64,000 nucleotides of DNA. Origin: an uncultured Actinomycetota bacterium (lineage in GTDB: Bacteria; Actinomycetota; Actinomycetes; JACCUZ01). The DNA is taken from assembly GCA_963746175.1 (NCBI GenBank), contig CAVVAH010000001.1, positions 1,158,062-1,222,061 of the forward strand. The letters run 5' to 3'. Positions within the stretch are counted from its first letter, which is position 1. Each line of letters opens with the position of its first letter. Shown here one piece after another: positions 7,677 to 16,308 of this stretch. Both the position numbers and the translations under genes were made by a program. Below the pieces are notes generated by a model, which worked only from the letters and a program-made list of their open reading frames with translations, searched no databases and was not told where the DNA came from.

Positions 7677-9037
7677 GGCACCGGGCTCGTCGCTCGGGTG
7701 TCCGCGCCGGTCGATCCGGCGACCACCAGCGGCCCGGTCGGCCGACCCGGCGCCGGCAACCGGAGCGGTGCCGTCCCGGCGGCGGACCAGGAGCCGGCCA
7801 CGGTGCGGCAGAGCAGGCAGTAGCCGAGGTTCATCCAGAAGAACTTGTACTCGAAGTTGGACAGGAAGAACGACGCCACCAGCGTGCCGATCAGGCCGGA
7901 CAGGGGCGGACCCCGGAGGGCTGCGGGCAACTGCCAGGCCTGCACCAGCGTGAGCAGCACCCCCACCAGCGCGAGGCCGATCCCGACGACGCCGGTCTCG
8001 ACGGCGAGCAGGAGCCAGATGTTGTGCGGCTCGTACGCCACGCCCTGGGTGAGGATCCTCGCGTCGGCGACCTTGGGCAGCTCCTGCGTGTAGACCCGCG
8101 AGAACGTGCCCCAGCCGGACCCCGCCCAGCAGTAGTGATGACAGGCGTGGATGCCGACCCGCCAGATGTCGCTCCGGCCGGACGAGCTGGTCTTGTCGGT
8201 GCGGGCCGCGATGCCGCCGGGGTGGGCGATCAGCAGCACGCACAGCGCCAGCACGACGGCACCGACCCGTCGCAGCACCGGCCCCCGGTGCCGGCGCGAC
8301 AGCGCCAGCGTCACCACGAGGGTCGCGCCGGTGGCCAGGATGCCGCCACGCGACCCGGTCAGCACGATCCCGAGCAGGAGCGCGCCACCGGCTGCCGCGT
8401 AGGCGAGCCGAGACGAGGGTCGCAGCCAGATGGAGCTGCGCCACACCGCGAGTGCCAGCGGAACGATCAGGGCGGCAGCCGTGTTGTTGGCGCCGAGCAG
8501 CTCGCGGCCGAAGCGGCCGGAGCCGCCCTCGACCTCCACCGGGAGGGTGCCGGTGAGGAACTGGGCGATGCCGTAGCAGGCCGCCGCCACCCCGCCGACC
8601 ACGAGAGCGGTCTCGACCCGGCGCAGCTGGCGCACGGTGACCGGCACGAGCGCGAGCAGCAGGTAGAGGAGGACGAGCAGCGCCAGCCTCTGGAACGCCG
8701 CCTGGGTCAGCTGCGGGGAGAGGCTCCAGACGGCAGACGCTCCCGACACCCCGAGGAAGGTCAGCCAGATGCCGACCGTCGCCGGGAACCGCAGGTGGAC
8801 GGTGCGCCCGGCGAGCACCTCCTTCAGCAGACCGGCGCACAAGAGCATGGCCAGCGGCGTCGAGAGAGAGTCGTAGGGCGGTGCGAGGCCGGTCGACAGC
8901 AGCGACCCGAACGGCACCGTGGCGGCGTACGCCGGCAGCACCACCGTGACCGGGAACCGGAACCCGATGACCGTGGCCGCCACCACCAACGGCGCGACTG
9001 TGACCATCGATGCAGTCACCGGCTCCTCCCCCCACAC
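7673..9037 (-). CDS. O-antigen ligase / polymerase family (Wzy_C domain) membrane protein
   Basis: ORF 7673..9037 with more than 10 TM segments and a GSRGG motif; its sequence resembles the O-antigen ligase family. Its TGA stop overlaps the GTG of the downstream phosphoesterase (GTGA overlap). The real start may be the M at about 9007. Confidence 0.7.
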   Translation of the reverse strand: MWGEEPVTASMVTVAPLVVAATVIGFRFPVTVVLPAYAATVPFGSLLSTGLAPPYDSLSTPLAMLLCAGLLKEVLAGRTVHLRFPATVGIWLTFLGVSGASAVWSLSPQLTQAAFQRLALLVLLYLLLALVPVTVRQLRRVETALVVGGVAAACYGIAQFLTGTLPVEVEGGSGRFGRELLGANNTAAALIVPLALAVWRSSIWLRPSSRLAYAAAGGALLLGIVLTGSRGGILATGATLVVTLALSRRHRGPVLRRVGAVVLALCVLLIAHPGGIAARTDKTSSSGRSDIWRVGIHACHHYCWAGSGWGTFSRVYTQELPKVADARILTQGVAYEPHNIWLLLAVETGVVGIGLALVGVLLTLVQAWQLPAALRGPPLSGLIGTLVASFFLSNFEYKFFWMNLGYCLLCRTVAGSWSAAGTAPLRLPAPGRPTGPLVVAGSTGADTRATSPVP

Positions 9038-9109
9038 CTGCCCCTGCGGCAGATTGCGGGGCGGAACCTGAACGGCTCCTGAACGGCGCGGTGAGCCGCG
9101 CCGCTGGGG

Positions 9110-9448
9110 TCAGCGACGCACCGGCCCTGGGGCCGGTCCGCCGGCCCGGTCCCGCCGGCCGACGGCCGCCACCCCGATGAGCACGACGGGCACGAGGTCG
9201 GCCAGCGTCACCCCGTGGCGGCGGGTCACGTGGAACACGGTCGGGCCCTCGACCGCCTTGTCGAAGGCCCACCACAGCACGACGGAGACGCCGAGCGTCA
9301 GCAGCACCCATGGCGCGGCCGGCCTGCGCCGCGTCCACAGGGCGACAGCCGCGAGGAGCAGGGCCAGCGTGAGCAGCGCGAGCTGCCAGCTGTCGCGCAG
9401 CTGGTGGAGCTGGCCGCGCGCCGAGCTCTCGACGACGAGCGCGATCAC
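9110..9448 (-). CDS. hypothetical small membrane protein (3 TM helices)
   Basis: ORF 9110..9448 with a GTG start, hydrophobic helices and an Arg-rich tail. There is no competing gene on either strand. Confidence 0.4.
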   Translation of the reverse strand: MIALVVESSARGQLHQLRDSWQLALLTLALLLAAVALWTRRRPAAPWVLLTLGVSVVLWWAFDKAVEGPTVFHVTRRHGVTLADLVPVVLIGVAAVGRRDRAGGPAPGPVRR

Positions 9449-9513
9449 CGCGGCCCCCGGATCATGCTGGAGAGGCTACGTCCCTCGACCGCGGGCCGCG
9501 GGCGGGAAGGCTG

Positions 9514-10626
9514 TCAGCCGGTCACCCGCGAGACCGCACCGGGCCCGAACACCGGTCCGGTCACGTAGATGGTGCCGTCGGCGCCGAGGTCCACACCTCC
9601 GGGCAGCACCAGCTGTCCGGCGGCGAGCTCCTGGACGCTGGTGTCCGGACGGATCCGGAACAGACCGCCGATCGGCGGGTCGACCAGGCCGAGCTCCCAC
9701 TGCAGCCAGCTCCGATGAACCAGCTCGACGACGTAGATGCTGCCGTCCGCGCCGGCCCCGAGGTCCACGATGGAGGTGAACCCGTCCTTGTAGACCCGGC
9801 ACGAGCCGGTGTCCGGGTGCTCGTGGTCGCAGAGCGCGTTCACCGAGCCCGGCGCGATGCGCCACACCGACGAGGTCCCCGGCGTCGCCGGGAACCCGCG
9901 CAGCTCGCCGACGTAGTAGTAGCCGTCAGCACCGACCGTGACGGAGGTCGCGACGTCCTCGGCCGGCAGCAGGGTGCCCGCCGGCGGGAGCGGCTCGTGG
10001 GTCTCGGGGTCCACGTCCGGGAGCTCAGCCGGGACGGCGACGACCCGCGGCTTGAGCCGGGCGACCGTGACGATCCGGCCGCTGCCCGGGGAGACCCGCA
10101 GGAGGTCGTTCGCCGCCGCGTCGGACACGAGCACGGTCCGGTCGGGGAGCACGGTGACGCCGAAGGGGTTCGACTCCCCCGGTGGGTCCGCCAGGTTGAA
10201 CGGGTCCGGGTCGGTGAGCTGGTAGGCGCCGATGTCGGCGACCACGAGCGCCTTCCCGTCCTTCAGCCGGTAGAGCGTGGCGGCTCCGGTACCCGGCGCG
10301 CCACCGGGCGTCAGCACGTAGATCCGACCACGCGGCCCGAACGCCACGGCAGCAGTGACGAAGCCGGCCGGGACCTGGCCGACCTTCCTGGTGGTGACGT
10401 GGTCGCCGACCTGCTTGGCGACCGTCACCGAGCCGTCGGCCTCGGCGTAGACGATCCGCCCGTCGGCCCCGACATCCAGGCCGCGCGGCCCATTTAGGCC
10501 GGAGACCACCGGGGTCACCACCCCTGGCGCGGCCTCGGCCGGCACCCCCGACATCGCCGCGGTGACTGCCGCCACCCCCAAAGCCACCAGAAGGATCCTC
10601 GGTACCCGCCTGCTCGTCAGAGCCAT
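9514..10626 (-). CDS. ScyD/ScyE-family secreted beta-propeller protein
   Basis: ORF 9514..10695 with the start taken at ATG 10626 (MALTSRRVPRILLVALGVAAVTAAMSGVPAEA, signal peptide). Repeated GADG/IYV blade motifs (DVGADGRIVY, VGADGYYYVG, GAGADGSIYVV, LGADGTIYVTG) match ScyD/ScyE-like proteins. Confidence 0.65.
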   Translation of the reverse strand: MALTSRRVPRILLVALGVAAVTAAMSGVPAEAAPGVVTPVVSGLNGPRGLDVGADGRIVYAEADGSVTVAKQVGDHVTTRKVGQVPAGFVTAAVAFGPRGRIYVLTPGGAPGTGAATLYRLKDGKALVVADIGAYQLTDPDPFNLADPPGESNPFGVTVLPDRTVLVSDAAANDLLRVSPGSGRIVTVARLKPRVVAVPAELPDVDPETHEPLPPAGTLLPAEDVATSVTVGADGYYYVGELRGFPATPGTSSVWRIAPGSVNALCDHEHPDTGSCRVYKDGFTSIVDLGAGADGSIYVVELVHRSWLQWELGLVDPPIGGLFRIRPDTSVQELAAGQLVLPGGVDLGADGTIYVTGPVFGPGAVSRVTG

Positions 10627-10724
10627 GCCGAACCTCCCCAGGCGCACGCCTCCCCTGCGAGGCGACCTCGCGGCGCGCGCTTGCCACTTGAGCACCGGGT
10701 GCCCGCACTGTCAACGGCTGTCGG

Positions 10725-10798
10725 TGGGGTGGCTGGGACTCGAACCCAGGACCCAGGGATTATGAGTCCCCTGCTCTGACCGGCTGAGCTACCACCCC
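10725..10798 (-). tRNA. tRNA-Met (anticodon CAU). The 3' CCA is not encoded.
   Basis: The reverse complement gives GGGGTGGTAGCTCAGCCGGTCAGAGCAGGGGACTCATAATCCCTGGGTCCTGGGTTCGAGTCCCAGCCACCCCA. It folds as a cloverleaf with a 7-bp acceptor stem, T-loop GGTTCGAGTCC and anticodon loop CTCATAA. Confidence 0.85.
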
Positions 10799-10821
10799 GG
10801 GAGGGGGACTGCGGGTGCGGG

Positions 10822-10894
10822 CTCCCGCACCTGGACTCGAACCAGGAACCTACCGGTTAACAGCCGGTTGCTCTGCCAATTGAGCTATGCGGGA
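10822..10894 (-). tRNA. tRNA-Asn (anticodon GUU)
   Basis: The reverse complement gives TCCCGCATAGCTCAATTGGCAGAGCAACCGGCTGTTAACCGGTAGGTTCCTGGTTCGAGTCCAGGTGCGGGAG. It has anticodon loop CTGTTAA, T-arm GGTTCGAGTCC and a UCC... 5' end as in other actinobacterial tRNA-Asn. Confidence 0.85.
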
Positions 10895-11011
10895 CCGCGT
10901 CCGAGCGGCGGTCTGGACCGCCCGACGAGCCCGGACAGGTTATCGCAAGGTTCCAGCCGGATGCGCCAGGGTAGGGGCGCCGGGACCGCCACGGAACCAC
11001 TCGGAGCAGCC

Positions 11012-11311
11012 ATGCGTACCAAGGCCACCTTCCTCGCCGGCTTCGCCGCCGGCTACGTGCTCGGCGCCCGCGCCGGCCGAGCCCGCTACGAGCAGATCCG
11101 CGAGGCCGCCCGGTCCTTCATGGCCAACCCCGCCGTGCAGTCGACGACCTCGTCGCTGCAGCACCAGGCCGGGGAAGCCCTCTCGACGGCCAAGGACAAG
11201 GCGGCCGGCAGGATCGGCGACCGGCTCGGCGACAAGGCGCCGGCGTGGCTCGGCTCGGGGCACGAGCACAGCACCGACGGGGCGGGTGGCCCCAACGGCC
11301 ACCAGGCCTGA
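11012..11311 (+). CDS. small conserved hypothetical protein (99 aa)
   Basis: ATG at 11012 inside ORF 10868..11311 (MRTKATFLAGFAAGYVLGARAGRARYEQIREAARSF...). The listed ORF start lies inside the tRNA-Asn gene and is therefore not real. Confidence 0.5.
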   Translation: MRTKATFLAGFAAGYVLGARAGRARYEQIREAARSFMANPAVQSTTSSLQHQAGEALSTAKDKAAGRIGDRLGDKAPAWLGSGHEHSTDGAGGPNGHQA

Positions 11312-11340
11312 CCGGGCTGACCGAGGGACGGGGGCCGCGG

Positions 11341-12420
11341 GTGGCCAGGTTGCGCCGCGTCGACTGCGCGGCGCCGGGCATCGCCCGGGTGAAGCGCGGC
11401 CGGGGCTTCTCCTACCGCAACGCTGACGGCAGCACCGTCACCGATCCCGTCGTCCTCGAGCGCATCGCCGGCCTGGTGCTCCCGCCCGCCTGGACCGACG
11501 TCTGGATCTGCACGCACCCTCGCGGGCACATCCAGGCTGTCGGCACCGACGCGGCCGGACGACGGCAGTACCGCTACCACGACGAGTGGCGGCTGCAGCG
11601 CGACGCCGAGAAGCATGAGCGGGTGCTGCTGTTCGCCCGGCGCCTCCCGGCCGCGCGGGAGCAGGTCGACGAGCACCTGGGCCAGCGAGGGCTCACGAAG
11701 CAGCGGGTGCTGGCCGCCGCCTTCCGGCTGCTCGACCTCGGCTTCTTCCGGATCGGCGGCGAGTCGTACGCCGAGGAGAACGGCTCGTTCGGGCTGGCCA
11801 CCATGCGTCGTCGGCACGTCACGGTCACCGGCGACCTGGTGGTCTTCGACTACACCGCCAAGAGCGGCAAGCAGCGGGTGCAGGGCGTCGTCGACGAGAG
11901 CGTGCGCAAGGTGGTGCGGTCCCTGCTCGAGAGGGACGACCCCAGCAAGGAGCTGCTCGCCTACAAGGACCGCACGGGCTGGCACGACGTCACGACCGCC
12001 GACATCAATGCCTACCTCCGGGAGGTCGTCGGCGACGAGGTGAGCGCGAAGGACTTCCGCACCTGGCACGCGACCGTGCTGATGGCGGTCGGGCTCGCCG
12101 TGTCGACGAACGCGCCGACGTCGGAGAGCGCGCGCAAGCGAGCCGTGAGCCGCGCGGTGACCGAGGTGTCGCACTACCTCGGCAACACCCCGGCCGTGTG
12201 CCGGTCGTCGTACATCGACCCGCGCATCATCGACCTCTACGACGACGGCACCACCATCGCGACGGCCTTGGAGCGGCTGGGGGCCGGGGCCGCCTTCGGG
12301 CAGCCGGCGACCCACGGGCAGATCGAGGCGGCCGTCCTGCGGCTGCTGCGCCGGCCTGCGACCGCGGCCCGCCGTCGTAGGCCGACCAGCCCGGCGTCCC
12401 CGAAGCAGAAGGCGGCCTAG
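11341..12420 (+). CDS. DNA topoisomerase IB (bacterial poxvirus-type topoisomerase I)
   Basis: ORF 11245..12420 with the start taken at GTG 11341 (VARLRRVDCAAPGIARVKRGRGFSYRN...). It has the TopIB signature, including the FRTWHATV region and the C-terminal catalytic block SRAVTEVSHYLGNTPAVCRSSYIDPR. Confidence 0.8.
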   Translation: MARLRRVDCAAPGIARVKRGRGFSYRNADGSTVTDPVVLERIAGLVLPPAWTDVWICTHPRGHIQAVGTDAAGRRQYRYHDEWRLQRDAEKHERVLLFARRLPAAREQVDEHLGQRGLTKQRVLAAAFRLLDLGFFRIGGESYAEENGSFGLATMRRRHVTVTGDLVVFDYTAKSGKQRVQGVVDESVRKVVRSLLERDDPSKELLAYKDRTGWHDVTTADINAYLREVVGDEVSAKDFRTWHATVLMAVGLAVSTNAPTSESARKRAVSRAVTEVSHYLGNTPAVCRSSYIDPRIIDLYDDGTTIATALERLGAGAAFGQPATHGQIEAAVLRLLRRPATAARRRRPTSPASPKQKAA

Positions 12421-12441
12421 CAGCCGGATCGGTCGGGAAGG

Positions 12442-12927
12442 TCAGGCCAGCTCGCTGCGCAGGCGGGTGAGGGCGTCGTCGACGGCTGACTGCACCCCAG
12501 GCGCCGTGAGGTCGGTGCCGGCGTCCGGGACGACCTGCCACACCAGGTCGGCACTGTCGCCGCGGCGGGCCACCAGGCGAGTTCCTCCCCCGCCGGGGAG
12601 CGCGACCCGCCGGCTCAGGACGATGCTCGCCATCACCCGCTCGTGAACGGTCTCGGGGACCCGGCCGGGCTCGGCCAGCCGGAGCCGCAGCGACGCACCG
12701 GCGCCGGGCACCGGGTCGACGACGAGCAGCTGCTCCTCGTCGAACCACTGGGCGTGCGCGACGTCGGTCCACGGCGTGCGGCCGCCAGGACCCACGAGGG
12801 CGGTGCCCGTGGCCACCAGCCAACCGCCGTCGGCGAGCTGCGCAGCCGCGATGGCCTTCTCCCCGCGGTCCAGCGGCAGCGCGGCGCGCGCGTCGTCGGG
12901 GAGCAGCGGACGGCGACGGAGCTTCAC
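12442..12927 (-). CDS. hypothetical protein (161 aa) downstream of sigA
   Basis: C-terminal 162 codons of ORF 12442..13407 from the GTG at 12927. The rest of that ORF overlaps sigA in another frame and is an artefact. Confidence 0.4.
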   Translation of the reverse strand: MKLRRRPLLPDDARAALPLDRGEKAIAAAQLADGGWLVATGTALVGPGGRTPWTDVAHAQWFDEEQLLVVDPVPGAGASLRLRLAEPGRVPETVHERVMASIVLSRRVALPGGGGTRLVARRGDSADLVWQVVPDAGTDLTAPGVQSAVDDALTRLRSELA

Positions 12928-12958
12928 ACCGACGAGGCTACGGACCCCGCGAGCCGGG

Positions 12959-14158
12959 TCAGGTGCCGAGGTAGTCGCGCAGCTGCGCGGACAGGTGCGG
13001 GTGCCGGAGCTTGGCCAGGCTCTTGGCCTCGATCTGCCGGACCCGCTCGCGGGTGACGCCGAACGCGCGCCCGACCTCCTCGAGGGTCCGTGGCTCGCCG
13101 TCGGTGAGGCCGTAGCGCATCCGGACGACCTCGCGCTCGCGGTCGCCGAGGTGCGTGAGCACCGCCTCGACGTGGCTGGCGAGCAGACCGGCCGACACCA
13201 GCTCGGCCGGCGGCACCGACTCAGAGTCCTCGATGAGGTCGCCGAGCTCGGAGCCCTCCTCCTCGCCGACCGGCGAGTGCAGCGACACGGGCTCCATGGC
13301 CAGCCGCTTGATCTCCTCGACCCGTTCGGCGGGCATGTCGACCTGGACGGCGATCTCGGCGGCGGTCGGGTCGCGGCCCAGGCTCTGCACCAGCAGCCGC
13401 TGCGCACGCAGGATGCGGTTGACGGTCTCGACCATGTGGACCGGGATACGGATCGTGCGGGCCTGGTCGGCGACCGCGCGGGACACCGCCTGCCTGATCC
13501 ACCACGAGGCGTACGTCGAGAACTTGAAGCCGCGGGTGTAGTCGAACTTCTCGACCGCCCGGATAAGGCCGAGGTTGCCCTCCTGGATCAGGTCCAGGAA
13601 AGGCAGTCCGCGGCCGGCGTAGCGCTTCGCGATCGACACGACCAGCCGCAGGTTGGACTCGATGAGCCGCTGCTTCGCCCGCTGGCCGTCACCCACCACG
13701 GCGAGCAGGTCGCGGCGCAGCTCGGCCGCCAGGGTGCCGGCGCGCTCCAGCTGCTCGAGACGCTCGGCAGCGAAGACCCCTGCCTCGACCCGCTTGGCGA
13801 GGTCGACCTCGTCGGCCGCGGTGAGCAGCGCGACGCGCCCGATCTCGCGCAGGTAGACGCGGACCAGGTCAGCCGACGCGGACGGGCCGGCGTCGTCGAG
13901 CGACGGGCCGGGGTCGTCGTCGGCCTCCTCGATCTCCTCGGCCTTGAGGTCCTCGACCGAGGGCTCCTCGGACACGACCTCGACGCCGGACTCCGCCAGA
14001 CCGCGGACGATGGCGTCGATGTTCTCCGGTGCTAGCCCGGACTCGGTGGCGGCGGCGGCGACGGTCTGGGCAGGAAGCAGTCCCGCTCCCACGCCCTGGG
14101 CGCTGAGGCGGGCAACGACATCACTCACGGAGTCCGGCAGGACGACGATCTCCCCCAC
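12959..14158 (-). CDS. sigA: principal RNA polymerase sigma factor (sigma-70 / HrdB / SigA)
   Basis: ORF 12959..14158 with complete regions 1.2 to 4.2 ([37 protein letters not shown]; [29 protein letters not shown]) and an acidic N-terminal spacer. Confidence 0.95.
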   Translation of the reverse strand: MGEIVVLPDSVSDVVARLSAQGVGAGLLPAQTVAAAATESGLAPENIDAIVRGLAESGVEVVSEEPSVEDLKAEEIEEADDDPGPSLDDAGPSASADLVRVYLREIGRVALLTAADEVDLAKRVEAGVFAAERLEQLERAGTLAAELRRDLLAVVGDGQRAKQRLIESNLRLVVSIAKRYAGRGLPFLDLIQEGNLGLIRAVEKFDYTRGFKFSTYASWWIRQAVSRAVADQARTIRIPVHMVETVNRILRAQRLLVQSLGRDPTAAEIAVQVDMPAERVEEIKRLAMEPVSLHSPVGEEEGSELGDLIEDSESVPPAELVSAGLLASHVEAVLTHLGDREREVVRMRYGLTDGEPRTLEEVGRAFGVTRERVRQIEAKSLAKLRHPHLSAQLRDYLGT

Positions 14159-14281
14159 GGCACGAAGTCTGCCCCTCCCCGGTGCCCGGCGCAGCCGATT
14201 ACGGAGTCGATCTCCCGATCCGGCAGACCTGTCCAGATCATGGTCATCACGCAGTCGTGTGCACCGGTGGCCAAGCCCGCG

Positions 14282-16159
14282 TCAGAGGGTGCCGATTGCT
14301 TGGTCACGCAGCGCGCGACTGTGTGCCTCCAACGAGACGAGCTCGCCGAACAGCCGGTTGTACTCGGCAACCTCTTCGACGGGATTCATGCGTTGCAGCC
14401 GCGACTTCACCTCGGCGATGCGACGGTTCGCCGCCAGCTCTTGCAGCCGCGCCAGGACCTCGGTCGCGTACCGCGTGAGCGCGGCCTCGTCGGACGGCAA
14501 CGGCTCGACGGCCAGCTCGCGCACCAGACGGCGCACGGTGTCGTCGGCCGACGCGCCGTCCACCTTGGCGACCCACTCGGGCCCCCCGTCGCCCGCGGTC
14601 TCCAGGCCGCCGGCCGCGACGACGGCGGCGGCCAGGGCGGCGTACGCCGGCGCGGTGAACACCACCACGTCGAGCTCCTCGAAGCCGGTGGCCAGTCGGG
14701 GCGCCTGCAGCACGACTTTGAGGGAGTCGCGCTCGAACCGCAGGGCCGGGTCGCGCGGGTCCGGTCCCGGCGGCGGACCGGTGGGCGGGGGTGCCTCGCC
14801 ACGGGCGTTGCGCGTCGCCGCCGGCTGCCGGCGCGACACCTCGTCGACGCGCCGGAGGATGAAGCGCTCGTCCATCAGGCCGAGCCACTTGTCGAGACTG
14901 ATGGCATAGCGCCGTCGAAGGCCCTGGTCGCGGATCTTCGCCACGATGGGAGCCGCGGCGTCCAGTGCCCGCAGCCGACCTTCGTTCGTCTCGAGGTCGT
15001 GACCACGCATCGCGTCCTGGATGGCGAACTCGAACAGTGGCACCCGGCGAGCGACCAGGTCGCGCACCGCGGTGTCGCCATGAGCCTGCCGGAGCTCGCA
15101 CGGGTCCTTGCCGGACGGCTCGACGGCCACGAAGGTCTGGGTGACGAACTTCTGGTCGTCCTGGAACGCCTTGAGCGCGGCCTTCTGGCCCGCGGAGTCG
15201 CCGTCGAAGGTGAAGACCACCTCGCCCCGGAACTCGTTCTGGTCCATGAGCAACCGGCGCAGGATCTTGATGTGGTCGTCGCCGAAGGCCGTGCCGCAGG
15301 TGGCCACCGCCGTCTCGACGCCGGCCAGGTGGCAGGCCATCACGTCGGTGTAGCCCTCGACCACGACCGCCTGCATGCGGCGCGCGATCTCCTTCTTCGC
15401 GAGGTCGACGCCGTAGAGGACGCTGGACTTCTTGTAGAGCGTGGTCTCCGGCGTGTTGACGTACTTCGCCTCGATGCGGTCGTCGTCGAACAGCCGTCGT
15501 GCGCCGAAGCCGACGACGTCACCGCCGAGGTCGCGGATCGGCCACAGCAGCCGCGCCATGAACCGGTCGATCGGGCCGCGCTGACCCTCCCGTGCCAGCC
15601 CCGCGGCCACCAGCTCCTCGACGGAGTAGCCGCGACCGCGGAGGTGCTGCGTGAGCAGGTCCCAGTCGCGCGGCGCGAAGCCGACCCCGAAGTGCGCAGC
15701 GGCGTCCTGGTCGAAGCCGCGCTCGTCGAGGAACTGCCGGCCGGCCACCGCACCGGGTCCGGCCAGCTGCTCGGCGTAGAACTCGGCGGCCGCCTTGGTG
15801 GCCTCGACCAGCCGGGTGCGCTGACCCTGCTGCCGGCCGGGCGTGTGCCCGCCCTCCTCGTAGCGCAGCTGGATGCCGTAGCGGTCGGCCAGCCGCTCGA
15901 CGGTCTCGGCGAAGGTCAGGTGGTCGATCTTCATCATGAACGAGATGACGTCGCCCCCCTCCTGGCAGCCGAAGCAGTGGAATGACCCGACCGAAGGGCG
16001 CACCGAGAAGGACGGGGACTTCTCGTCGTGGAAGGGGCAGAGGCCCTTGAAGTTGCCGCCGCCGGCCGGCCGGAGGGTCACGACCTCGCCCACGACCTCG
16101 GCGATGTCGGCCCGCTCCTTGACGAGGACGACGTCCTCGTCCCGGATCCGGCCTGCCAC
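14282..16159 (-). CDS. dnaG: DNA primase
   Basis: ORF 14282..16159. It has an N-terminal CHC2 zinc finger (CPFHDEKSPSFSV...HCFGCQEGGDVISF) and a TOPRIM domain (VVVEGYTDVMACH). Confidence 0.95.
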   Translation of the reverse strand: MAGRIRDEDVVLVKERADIAEVVGEVVTLRPAGGGNFKGLCPFHDEKSPSFSVRPSVGSFHCFGCQEGGDVISFMMKIDHLTFAETVERLADRYGIQLRYEEGGHTPGRQQGQRTRLVEATKAAAEFYAEQLAGPGAVAGRQFLDERGFDQDAAAHFGVGFAPRDWDLLTQHLRGRGYSVEELVAAGLAREGQRGPIDRFMARLLWPIRDLGGDVVGFGARRLFDDDRIEAKYVNTPETTLYKKSSVLYGVDLAKKEIARRMQAVVVEGYTDVMACHLAGVETAVATCGTAFGDDHIKILRRLLMDQNEFRGEVVFTFDGDSAGQKAALKAFQDDQKFVTQTFVAVEPSGKDPCELRQAHGDTAVRDLVARRVPLFEFAIQDAMRGHDLETNEGRLRALDAAAPIVAKIRDQGLRRRYAISLDKWLGLMDERFILRRVDEVSRRQPAATRNARGEAPPPTGPPPGPDPRDPALRFERDSLKVVLQAPRLATGFEELDVVVFTAPAYAALAAAVVAAGGLETAGDGGPEWVAKVDGASADDTVRRLVRELAVEPLPSDEAALTRYATEVLARLQELAANRRIAEVKSRLQRMNPVEEVAEYNRLFGELVSLEAHSRALRDQAIGTL

Positions 16160-16221
16160 GGCCCCGAGTCTACGGTCGGCCTGGAGCCTCGTCCGTCCGG
16201 TCCACAGGAGCGGCGAAGCAG

Positions 16222-16297
16222 TGATCGTTTGCGACCTGGATCACCGACACGCCGGAGCCATCACCGGCGTGTCGGTGGCTGAGGTCGCAAACGATCA
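16222..16297 (-). terminator. nested perfect palindrome (15-bp outer stem + 12-bp inner stem), probably an intrinsic terminator or structured element between the oxidoreductase gene and dnaG
   Basis: TGATCGTTTGCGACC (16222-16236) pairs with GGTCGCAAACGATCA (16283-16297). Inside them, CCGACACGCCGG (16244-16255) pairs with CCGGCGTGTCGG (16264-16275). Confidence 0.55.
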
Positions 16298-16308
16298 ACG
16301 GGTGCCGG

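Noticed and set aside
10725-10894. tRNA-Met / tRNA-Asn pair considered as a genomic-island attachment site
   Set aside because: No integrase, direct repeat of the tRNA 3' end or mobility genes were found in the flanks. The neighbouring genes (ScyD-like, TopIB, sigA, dnaG) look chromosomal and have native-like codon usage.
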